Shown: one piece after another, positions 34,846 through 42,886 of the stretch | How the letters are laid out: the number at the start of each line of letters is the position of its first letter | How positions within the stretch are numbered: the stretch's first letter is position 1 | From: an uncultured Rhodobacterales bacterium | Lineage (GTDB): Bacteria; Pseudomonadota; Alphaproteobacteria; Rhodobacterales; CAZPXZ01 | DNA: 62,686 bases | Direction: 5' to 3' | NCBI GenBank assembly: GCA_964586735.1 | Contig: CAZPIN010000105.1 | Coordinates: 1 to 62,686 of the forward strand | Notes under the pieces: model-generated | Told to the model about the DNA's origin: nothing | What the model saw: only the letters and a program-made list of their open reading frames with translations | Databases searched by the model: none | Position numbers and translations under genes: made by a program

Positions 34846-36462
34846 ATGGCAAAGACAGCGCTGCCGATTGGAGTACAGTCGTTCGGAACGATTCGCCGGC
34901 AAGGACTTCGCTATGTAGACAAGACAGGCTTTGCCAAACGGCTGGCGGATAGGGGGAAGTGGTACTTTCTTTCCCGTCCCAGGCGGTTTGGCAAGAGCCT
35001 GTTCATAAGCACGCTGAAAGAGCTGTTCGAAGGCAACGAGAAGCTGTTCCGGGGGCTGGCCATACATGGGCAATGGGACTGGAGCGTACGCTATCCCGTC
35101 ATACGGCTTAGCTTTGGAGCGGGTAACTACGCGGGGAAAGGAGTGCTCCTCAGCCGGATGCACAAAATTCTCGATGACGCGGCCGTAGCTGCTGGCCTGT
35201 CGCGGTGGGCAGTCATGGCTCGTAGGATTGTTCGAAATGCCGCGCGCAGCTTTGGTAGAGTCGGTTCACATGAATTGTCTGCACCGGATGACCGCTTCAC
35301 GGATCTAATTCACAGTCTCAGGAGGAAGTTCGGCCGACCCGTAGTCGTGCTCGTGGACGAATACGACAAGCCGGTACTTGCTGCCGTCGACAATCCAGAG
35401 GTCGCCCGGGAAAACCGAGATATGCTGCAGAGCTTCTATGCGGTGCTGAAGGAAGAGGATGATAACATTCATTTCTGCTTCGTGACGGGAGTGTCGCGGT
35501 TCTCGAAGGTCAGCCTGTTCTCGGGAGCGAACCAGCTTCACGATATTACGCTGGTTCCAGAGTATTCCGCCATTTGCGGCTATACGGAATCGGATATCGA
35601 CGAGGTGTTCTCCGAGGAGCTGGCCGGACTTGACCGCGACAAGGTGCGCGAATGGTACAATGGATACAATTGGCGTGGCGAAGAAAGCGTATACAACCCG
35701 TACGGCATTCTGCTGCTGCTGGAGAACCGGGAGTTCAAAGCATGGTGGTTTTCTACCGGCACTCCAACTTTTCTTATCGATGTCATGAAACAGCGAGGCA
35801 TGTTTCCGATCATGCTGGAGGACGTGGTGGTTTCTGACGGCGATTTGCTGGTATCTGACATTAACAGCATATCCGCCGAGGCGCTGCTGTTTCAGTCTGG
35901 ATACATGACGGTTGTCGATGAAGAATTGGCGGGAGATCTGTCGCTGTACACGTTGGGCTACCCAAACCGTGAAGTAAGGCAGGCCCTTAACGAAAGCCTC
36001 CTCATGGACCTGTTTCCACAGCCTCCCGCAGCTCTAGCGAAGAACAGGCAGAACCTGATCAGATATCTTGAAAACGGAGATATGGATAAGCTGAAAGGCG
36101 TTCTTCATTCCATGTTTGCCGGCATACCGCATCAGTGGCATATGAGCTCCGCGGCGGCGAACTATGAAGCCTATTTTTCAAGCGTGGTGTACGGATACTT
36201 TCTTGGATGGGGACTGGACGTTCGAGTCGAGGATTCGACAAGCGAAGGGAGAATTGACCTCGCCGTGGTTGCCTCTGCGCACATCTACCTGTTTGAGTTC
36301 AAAGTGGTGAATGGAAGCCCCGAAGGAACGGCAATCGAGCAGCTTCGGGACAGGAACTACGCCGACAAGTACAGGCTTCATGGAAAGCCCATTCATCTTG
36401 TCGGGGTAGAATTCAGCAGGGAGACGAGGAATCTGCAGGTGTTCAATGCGGAACCTGCCTGA
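34846..36462 (+). CDS. AAA-ATPase-like / PDDEXK_9-type predicted ATPase-nuclease (copy 1, 538 aa)
   Basis: ATG 34846 has GGAGAA 8 nt upstream and aligns with the start of the 49596 paralog. N-terminal strings: YVDKTGF, FLSRPRRFGKSLF (P-loop-like), VVVLVDEYDKP (Walker-B-like). C-terminal PD-(D/E)XK-like string: GRIDLAVV...HIYLFEFKV. Confidence 0.8.
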   Translation: MAKTALPIGVQSFGTIRRQGLRYVDKTGFAKRLADRGKWYFLSRPRRFGKSLFISTLKELFEGNEKLFRGLAIHGQWDWSVRYPVIRLSFGAGNYAGKGVLLSRMHKILDDAAVAAGLSRWAVMARRIVRNAARSFGRVGSHELSAPDDRFTDLIHSLRRKFGRPVVVLVDEYDKPVLAAVDNPEVARENRDMLQSFYAVLKEEDDNIHFCFVTGVSRFSKVSLFSGANQLHDITLVPEYSAICGYTESDIDEVFSEELAGLDRDKVREWYNGYNWRGEESVYNPYGILLLLENREFKAWWFSTGTPTFLIDVMKQRGMFPIMLEDVVVSDGDLLVSDINSISAEALLFQSGYMTVVDEELAGDLSLYTLGYPNREVRQALNESLLMDLFPQPPAALAKNRQNLIRYLENGDMDKLKGVLHSMFAGIPHQWHMSSAAANYEAYFSSVVYGYFLGWGLDVRVEDSTSEGRIDLAVVASAHIYLFEFKVVNGSPEGTAIEQLRDRNYADKYRLHGKPIHLVGVEFSRETRNLQVFNAEPA

Positions 36463-36850
36463 AAGTGCCCTCAGTACACTGGCCAATCGCGGTTAACGCT
36501 GGCGGATTCCCATCCAGGCCGCTGCCCCCGCGCTGCGGCAAGTCGCATCAATCGGGGAAGGACTGCAGCGGGCCGCTGACGGGGCGCATTCGCACCAGAA
36601 GCGGACGACGGTCCGTTTGCTGGGCATGGATGCGCGGTCCGGCATACGGATGCTGGTCCTTTGTCCGCGCCAGTCACGGCCAGACCCCCGCGTCTGCCCC
36701 TGTCCGCTGCGCTTGCGCCATCGTGGGCTTCGGCGGCAGCCGTGCGCGAATCGGCGTCGGCATCGCAGTGGCGGCGGTGCGGCAGGCGCCGTCGACGCCA
36801 TGCGCCATGCAAACGCCTTCTGCATAGGCTATCCTAAGGGAGCTCGGTCC

Positions 36851-36952
36851 GCGCCCCTCGACGAGGGCGTCCGCGAGGAGATCGATGCATTTGCCGCCCG
36901 CCGCACCGAGGAGGGCGGCGCACCCGCCAGCATTTGCAGCAGTCCGCCCTCG
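36851..36952 (+). pseudogene. Relic of the 3' end of a third mttB-family copy (last ~25 codons plus downstream bases)
   Basis: gcgcccctcgacgagggcgtccgcgaggag (36851-36880) matches mttB copy 1 at 32654-32683 in 30/30 positions. gcccgccgcaccgaggagggcggcgc matches in 26/26. gtccgccctcg matches the sequence just after the copy 2 stop. It translates to APLDEGVREEIDAFAARRTEEGGAP, against APLDEGVREELEAFVARRTEEGGAPTDF in the intact genes. Confidence 0.75.
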
Positions 36953-36983
36953 CGGGCGCGCGCAAGCCATAAGGAACAGATCA

Positions 36984-39410
36984 TTGGATACCCATGCAAA
37001 TACCGTCGTCATCGGCGGCGGAGTCGTTGGCTGCTCGGTTCTTTACCATCTCGCCAAGGCGGGATGCGAAGACTGCCTCCTGATCGAGCGCGCCGAGCTT
37101 ACCGTCGGCTCCTCCTGGCATGCCGCCGGCGGCATGCACATGCTCAACGGCGACCCCAACGTCGCCGGCCTCCAGAAGTACACCATGGAGGTGATGGCCG
37201 AGATTGAGGAGCTGTCCGGCCAGAGCTGTGGCGTCCACATAACGGGCGGTCTGCTGCTGGCGGGTACCGAGGAGCGGCTCGACTGGCTGCGGATGCTGGT
37301 CGCCCGCGGCCGCTTCCATGGCGTGCAGCACCGCATCCTCTCAGCCGGCGAGGCCCACGAGCTGTTCCCGATCATGGACCCCAGCTTCTTTGTCGGGGCG
37401 ATGCTTGACGAGCACACTGGCCACGTCGACCCCTCCGGAGTCACGCACGCCTACGCCAAGGCGGCGCAGAAGCTGGGGGCCAAGGTGCGGTTGCGCGACC
37501 GGGTGGTGGAAACCCGCCAGCGCGCCGACGGCGGCTGGGACGTCGTCACCGAGCAGGGCACGGTGCATGCCGAGCGGGTGGTCAACGCCGGCGGCCTGTG
37601 GGCCCGCGAAGTCGGGCGTATGGCCGGCCTCGAGCTCCCCGTCCTGGCCATGGAGCACCACTACATCCTCACCGACGACATGCCCGAGGTGATCGAGGCG
37701 CAGGAAAAGTCCGGCCACCAGCTGATCCACGCCACCGATTTCTCCGGCGAGCTGTACATGCGCCAGGAGCGCATGGGGATGCTGATGGGAACTTACGAGA
37801 AAGCCTGCGTGCCCTGGTCCATGCGCGAGACGCCGTGGGACTTCGGTCCCGAGCTGCTCCAGCCCGACATGGAGCGAATCGCCCCCTCGCTTGAGGTGGG
37901 CTTCCGCCACTTCCCGGCCTTCTCCCGCGCCGGAATCCGTGAAACCATCAACGGCCCCTTCACCTTCGCCCCGGATGGCAATCCCTTGGTCGGCCCCGTG
38001 CGCGGTCTGCCCAACTACTGGGTCGCTGTCGGCGTCATGGCCGGCTTCAGCCAGGCGGGCGGCGTCGGCCTGGCCCTTGCCAGCTGGATGGAGACCGGCG
38101 ATCCCGGCGCCGACATCTGGGGCATGGACGTCGCCCGCTACGGCGACTGGACCACCATGGCCTACACGCGGGCCAAGGTCTGCGAAAACTACTCCCGCCG
38201 CTTCCAGATACGTTTCCCCAACGAGGAGCTGCCCGCCGGGCGGCCGCTGCTGGCGAGTCCGCTCTACCACCGCCATCGCGCCATGGGCGCCGTCATGGGC
38301 GAGTCGGCTGGGCTGGAGGTGCCGCTGTGGTACGCGCCCGAGGGCGTCTCCGACGTCCTGTCGTTCCGCCGCTCCACCGACTTTCCCCACGTAGCCGCCG
38401 AGTGCCGCGCAGTGCGCGAGGCGGTGGGCGTCGCCGAGATCACCGGCTTCGCCAAGTACGAGGTCACCGGCGATGGCGCCCGCGAGTGGCTCGACCGCGT
38501 CCTCGCCGGCCGCCTGCCGCGCCAGGGGCGCATGTCGCTCACGCCGATGCTCAACGAGCGCGGCCGCCTCATCGGCGACTTCACCACCGCCCAGCTGGGC
38601 GAGGGGCACTACTTTATGGTGGGATCGGGCGCCGCCGAGACGTATCACATGCGCTGGTTCGAGGCGCAGGACCCGCAGGGCGCCGGGGCGGCCGTCGATA
38701 CCCTCGGCCTGGCGATGGGAGGGCTGGCCATCGCCGGTCCCCGTTCCCGCGACCTACTGGCGCGGCTGGTCGACGAAGACGTCTCCACCGCGGCGTTTCC
38801 GTTTATGGCCATCCGCATGATGGACGTGGCCATGGTCACCTGCCTGGTGGGCAGGGTCAGCTACACCGGCGACCTGGGCTATGAGATCTGGTGCCCCGAG
38901 CCCAATCTGGCTGGACTGTACGAGCGGGTGCTGGAGGCCGGCGCGGGTCTGGGCCTGCGTCCGTTCGGCAGCCGCGCCCTCAACGGCCTTCGCCTGGAAA
39001 AGGGCTTCGGTTCCTGGGCGACCGAGTACCGGCCGCTCTACGGTCCCGTCGAGGCGGGCCTGGACCGCTTCGTTGCCTACGACAAGAACGCTCCCTTCAT
39101 CGGCCGCGACGCCGCGCTTGAGGAGCGCGAGCAGGGCGGCGAGACGCGGCTGCGCGTGTTTCTGGTGGACACCCCTGACATCGACGTGCTGGGCGACGAG
39201 CCCATCTGGCGCGGCGGCGCCATGTGCGGGCGGGTGACGTCCGGCGGCTACGCCCATGCCTCGGGCAGGTCGGTGGCGCTGGGCTACGTGCCCCGGGAGA
39301 TCGCCGACGAGGCGGAGGGATGGAGCGTCGAGATACTGGACACCCGCCATCCGGCGACGCTTCAGTCCGAGCCGCTGTTTGACCCCGAGGGAACGCGCAT
39401 GCGGGCCTAA
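36984..39410 (+). CDS. Dimethylglycine/sarcosine dehydrogenase-like protein: FAD-dependent oxidoreductase fused to a GcvT-type aminomethyltransferase (folate-binding) domain (~808 aa)
   Basis: The ORF track starts at 36885. The likely start is in-frame TTG 36984, after AAGGAA, giving MDTHANTVVIGGGVVGCSVLYHLAK (GxGxxG at the N-terminus). C-terminal GcvT-like strings: LAIAGPRSRDLLARL, VSYTGDLGYEIWCP, GSRALNGLRLEKGF. The size is typical of the DMGDH family. Confidence 0.85.
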   Translation: MDTHANTVVIGGGVVGCSVLYHLAKAGCEDCLLIERAELTVGSSWHAAGGMHMLNGDPNVAGLQKYTMEVMAEIEELSGQSCGVHITGGLLLAGTEERLDWLRMLVARGRFHGVQHRILSAGEAHELFPIMDPSFFVGAMLDEHTGHVDPSGVTHAYAKAAQKLGAKVRLRDRVVETRQRADGGWDVVTEQGTVHAERVVNAGGLWAREVGRMAGLELPVLAMEHHYILTDDMPEVIEAQEKSGHQLIHATDFSGELYMRQERMGMLMGTYEKACVPWSMRETPWDFGPELLQPDMERIAPSLEVGFRHFPAFSRAGIRETINGPFTFAPDGNPLVGPVRGLPNYWVAVGVMAGFSQAGGVGLALASWMETGDPGADIWGMDVARYGDWTTMAYTRAKVCENYSRRFQIRFPNEELPAGRPLLASPLYHRHRAMGAVMGESAGLEVPLWYAPEGVSDVLSFRRSTDFPHVAAECRAVREAVGVAEITGFAKYEVTGDGAREWLDRVLAGRLPRQGRMSLTPMLNERGRLIGDFTTAQLGEGHYFMVGSGAAETYHMRWFEAQDPQGAGAAVDTLGLAMGGLAIAGPRSRDLLARLVDEDVSTAAFPFMAIRMMDVAMVTCLVGRVSYTGDLGYEIWCPEPNLAGLYERVLEAGAGLGLRPFGSRALNGLRLEKGFGSWATEYRPLYGPVEAGLDRFVAYDKNAPFIGRDAALEEREQGGETRLRVFLVDTPDIDVLGDEPIWRGGAMCGRVTSGGYAHASGRSVALGYVPREIADEAEGWSVEILDTRHPATLQSEPLFDPEGTRMRA

Positions 39411-39445
39411 TCTTGGTCAGTAACGCTAGCGGGTACTAGGCAAGG

Positions 39446-39958
39446 TTACTCGCTGGCGTCGCCGTTGCCGCTTCCGTTGAACACCGACTTCAGGTCAGGG
39501 GCTATGTGCAACCTGTCAAGCCACACCAATATCTGGCCCGACGACGCGTCGCTCACCCGGGCTGCAAGATGGTCCGGGACGCTCTGAAACCGCTCTTCGG
39601 CAGCCTTCAGAAAAGCATTCCGATGGGCCATCCTCAGCATTTCCCCATCCTTGAACGTCTCCACTCCTCGCTTGATCTCTCTTGCCAATGCGACCCAGGC
39701 AAACTGCAATACTGGTTGACCGCTGGCCACACTGTCGCCACTTCCGCTGAACACCGACTCCAAGTTTGAAGCTTCCTGCAACATGCCATGCCAGACATCG
39801 AGCTGGTCCGGCGATGCACCGCGCACCCGGATCACCAGATGCTCCGGGATGCTTGTTTTGAATTGCTTCTCGGCAGCCTCCAGAAAAGCCTTCTGGCGTC
39901 CTGTGACATATCCATAAACGTAACCAAGATTCGTCAGGTGCCTAAAGTACGGGCCCAT
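39446..39958 (-). CDS. Free-standing protein made of two tandem DUF4351-like (Rpn C-terminal) modules
   Basis: Module 1: FLEAAEKQFKTSIPEHLVIRVRGASPDQLDVWHGMLQEASNLESVFSGSGDSVAS. Module 2: FLKAAEERFQSVPDHLAARVSDASSGQILVWLDRLHIAPDLKSVFNGSGNGDASE. Both are collinear with the C-terminus of the adjacent frameshifted Rpn gene. ATG 39958 follows TGGAGG; the track start is TTG 39997. Confidence 0.6.
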   Translation of the reverse strand: MGPYFRHLTNLGYVYGYVTGRQKAFLEAAEKQFKTSIPEHLVIRVRGASPDQLDVWHGMLQEASNLESVFSGSGDSVASGQPVLQFAWVALAREIKRGVETFKDGEMLRMAHRNAFLKAAEERFQSVPDHLAARVSDASSGQILVWLDRLHIAPDLKSVFNGSGNGDASE

Positions 39959-40074
39959 GACTGCCTCCAAACCTTCTTGCTTCAGCTCCTTCTCCAAAAC
40001 CGCCGCGATGCGATGCTGGACTCTGCGAACTGGCGCTGACTTGCCAGAGCGGCCCCGGCAAACCGCGAAACCGG

Positions 40075-41024
40075 CTATCCGCTGGCATCGCCGTTGCCGC
40101 TTCCGTTGAACACCGACTCCAGATCGGAAGCCTCGTACAGACTGTCAAGCCAGGCATCGATCTGGTCCGATGATGCGCCGCGCGCCTGGGCCGCCAGATG
40201 CTCCGGGACGCGCTGAAACCGCCGCTCAGCGGCCCGCAGAAAAACCTCCGTTTGGCCCTCGGCGCGGCCCTCGCTCCTCAGCTGTTCCTTAATCACGTCC
40301 ATGGCTCTGTTCGCCTCCTCCTGGTTCTTCCCTCTTGCCAGAACTGCCAGCCACCGCTCCACCGGCACGCCCAGCACTTCGACAACCTCTCCAACAATAT
40401 AGCCCCTCATCTCCTCATTGTGAAGCTCTGCCGCCTCGCCCAGATAGGCAAGGCCCCTGTCGTCCAGCTCTCGCCCGCCCCAGCCAACCGTAAACGGCAG
40501 TATCAGCCCACCAGCCTCCGGGTCCTCGCAAAGGTCATCCAGGCCAATCTCCCCGAAGTCGAGTTCGCCAATTGTCAGGGTGTTCATCGCGGCCTTCTTC
40601 TCCTCCTCGGTGAGGCCGGCCTGTCGTCCAGATCTTTCGGAGGATGCTTCGACGCACCTCGGTGCAGGGCGAGCACGCCGCACATGATTGGCATCTTGCC
40701 TTCTGTAGACTTTCCATCCTCCACCAGCACGTACGCCTTGGCGAAGACGTAGCGCGCCAGCTGCAGCTTCGCGTTCTTCGACGGATAGGACTTGTGCTCC
40801 CATACGATGAGCAGGAAGCGGCCGTCGGTCAGCTTCGCAAGGACCACCAGGTCAGCCTCGCCGAAGCCCACGATTATGGGGTTGATCGGCTGGAGGCCAA
40901 ATTCCGTGCAGAGCTGCAGGTAGAATACCGGGGCGAGGCTCAGCCGGGCCAGCTCCCAGAGTACCTTCCGGTAGTTGCCCAGCCTGCGGAAATTGGCATC
41001 CTGCCGATTGTTGGGGTCGTGCAT
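40075..41024 (-). pseudogene. Rpn/YhgA-like PD-(D/E)XK nuclease gene split by a frameshift near 40610-40635 (or a sequencing error)
   Basis: The N-terminal part lies in ORF 40584..41144. The likely start is ATG 41024 after AAGGGAG, giving MHDPNNRQDANFRRLGNY...EADLVVLAKL...LLIVWEHKSYP...ARYV. The C-terminal part lies in a different frame, ORF 40075..40803 (...LTIGELDFGEIGLDDL...EGRAEGQTEVFLRAAERRFQRVPEHLAAQARGASSDQIDAWLDSLYEASDLESVFNGSGNGDASG). The two ORFs overlap by 220 nt. Confidence 0.6.
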
Positions 41025-41170
41025 GGCGATTGCTCCCTTGTCTGCGTGGAGACGCTGCCAGCCAGCCTCTCCGGATTGATGGTTCATGCAAGGTAGGCAT
41101 GCGGCGGGGAATTGCAAACGGCGCAATTGCGCAGCACCATGCAATGCGCTCCGTACGACAAATCCTCTCC

Positions 41171-41211
41171 AAAATATTGCTCAAAATAACTGGTTTGAAA
41201 AATGTGATTTT
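41171..41211 (-). promoter_or_regulatory. AT-rich conserved motif / candidate promoter about 150-170 nt upstream of the frameshifted Rpn gene
   Basis: Minus strand reads AAAATCACATTTTTCAAA, giving TTCAAA (-35), a 17-nt spacer and TATTTT (-10). The core is 17/18 identical to 30599-30616. Confidence 0.3.
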
Positions 41212-41977
41212 ATGGACGTGACTCTTATGGCGCAAGGGTTAACGCACGTCCAAGCCGTTTATCGAGGTGAACGCCGCCCCTACATCGCGGCCATGATTAT
41301 GGACGGCTCAGCCGCCCCCGTACGGCGTTGATGCAGTCCCGGGCCGCCCATTCGTGGGCTGCTGGCGTGGCGACTCATAGGATCGGCACCGACGGCAATT
41401 TTGGCAAGAGGGCGCGAGGTCGACATGCAGTCCAGCCAGCCATGGAGGCCGTCTTCAGCGGCGATGGCGGGCAGGCGGCCGCGCAGGGTATTCATGAAGG
41501 GGCTGGCTGGCCGTCGCCGTTAGTCCTGCCATCGTCTCGGCCTCGCCGCTATGCTGATGGTTCCTCAGGATTCCCGCCAACGCCTCGACTATGGGGGACT
41601 GCAGGGCTTGGGCTCGTGCCGCTGCATGAACTTCTGAATTCACCAGGCTGCGCCGCGGGTCAAGAGCCTTCGCCCGTCCAGGGGCGCGGGGGCTTCAAAG
41701 GATGACGTCCCATCAGCGGACGGCAGAGCCGGGCGCCGCTTCTCCGGTCGCCAATGCCGCATGCCACGCCGCAGCCCGTCGACACCGCGGCGGTAGGCTC
41801 AATGCGACGCGCCGCGGGTTGATAAGGGGAGACGCGCCACTATATGGCGAATTGCTCCCGCCGAGGTCCGCTGCCGTTGCGGCACAGGCTCTCGGGGCAG
41901 CCGCAGTCAAGGGAGGCATCCCGACAACTGGCATTTCCCGCGCCGGCGGCTGCGCTGCGGGGATGAGGAGACCGCAA

Positions 41978-42787
41978 ATGGCAAGGCAGAGCGCTGCTAG
42001 TACGGCAGGCATGTACAAGTCGGCGAAATGTTTGCTGGCCGCGTGCGCGGTCGCCCTGCTTGGCGCGTGCGGCGGCGGTTCCGAACCGCAGACAAGGGTT
42101 CTAACGGTCGACAGTTTCGCACTCGTAACGGTCAAGAGAGAGGCTGTAGTGGAGGTGGATGGCGTAGCCATAAAGGATATGGGCGACGTCCAGAATCTTG
42201 TCGAGCCCATCGAGGTGCAGGACTGCGCCGGCGCAAGTCTGCGCTATGAGCAGGTAAGGCGAAACGGCGTGCTTCAGGATGAGCCGGTCTGGGTTACGGT
42301 TGAACCTCTCGAAGGGATCTACGTCCGCAGATTCCGGGTGACCAACGACTCCGCTGCTACGCTGAACATCAGCCGCGCGGATGCCGTGCTGGTCGACGCG
42401 GCCGGCAACGACAACGAGGTCGCCACAGCGGAAATACTGAAGCAGAACGTGCTTGCGCGCTACCCCTGCTCCAGCGGACCGGCGATCGTTCGCACGCTGC
42501 GGCCGCTGAAGATGCTGGGCTCCGACATACGCGTTCGCCCGGGCCGGTCGGTAACGCTTTACGCCATGTTTCCCAGCGCCGACATCAGCATTCTCGGTGA
42601 TTGGGTTCTGGAGATCAACGACTTCCCCGTTCAGGCCGATGCCAGCGGAGACGTCTCCAAAGTCGCCCAGTTCAAGTTCGATCTGGTAGCCAAGGGATAC
42701 AGAACTACGATCACCCAGGAAAAGGAGGGCCTGCTGTCGGGATGGGTCGATGTCGACCGCACCACGGAAGAGCTGGATGACATCTGA
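41978..42787 (+). CDS. Predicted lipoprotein of unknown function (~269 aa)
   Basis: The ORF track starts at 41702. GAGGAG (41965-41970) precedes ATG 41978, and ATG 42011 is an alternative. The N-terminus MARQSAASTAGMYKSAKCLLAACAVALLGAC-GGGSEPQ has a lipobox (LLGAC). I recognise no other domain. Confidence 0.55.
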   Translation: MARQSAASTAGMYKSAKCLLAACAVALLGACGGGSEPQTRVLTVDSFALVTVKREAVVEVDGVAIKDMGDVQNLVEPIEVQDCAGASLRYEQVRRNGVLQDEPVWVTVEPLEGIYVRRFRVTNDSAATLNISRADAVLVDAAGNDNEVATAEILKQNVLARYPCSSGPAIVRTLRPLKMLGSDIRVRPGRSVTLYAMFPSADISILGDWVLEINDFPVQADASGDVSKVAQFKFDLVAKGYRTTITQEKEGLLSGWVDVDRTTEELDDI

Positions 42788-42886
42788 TCCGCAGCGGATG
42801 GACGCTGCCTAGATGAGCCTTCGCGTCCGCCATCGGCGGCTGTGCCGCGCCCCGGGCATGTCGGCGGCTCCAAACGCGCGCATCGC

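Noticed and set aside
41280-41643. Two overlapping minus-strand ORFs (41455..41643 and 41280..41495). Joined, their translations faintly resemble the C-terminal end of a LysR-type regulator (..SQPLHE / FMNTLRGRL..).
   Set aside because: The similarity is only a few residues and would need a frameshift. There is no HTH region, so it is not supportable without a database search.
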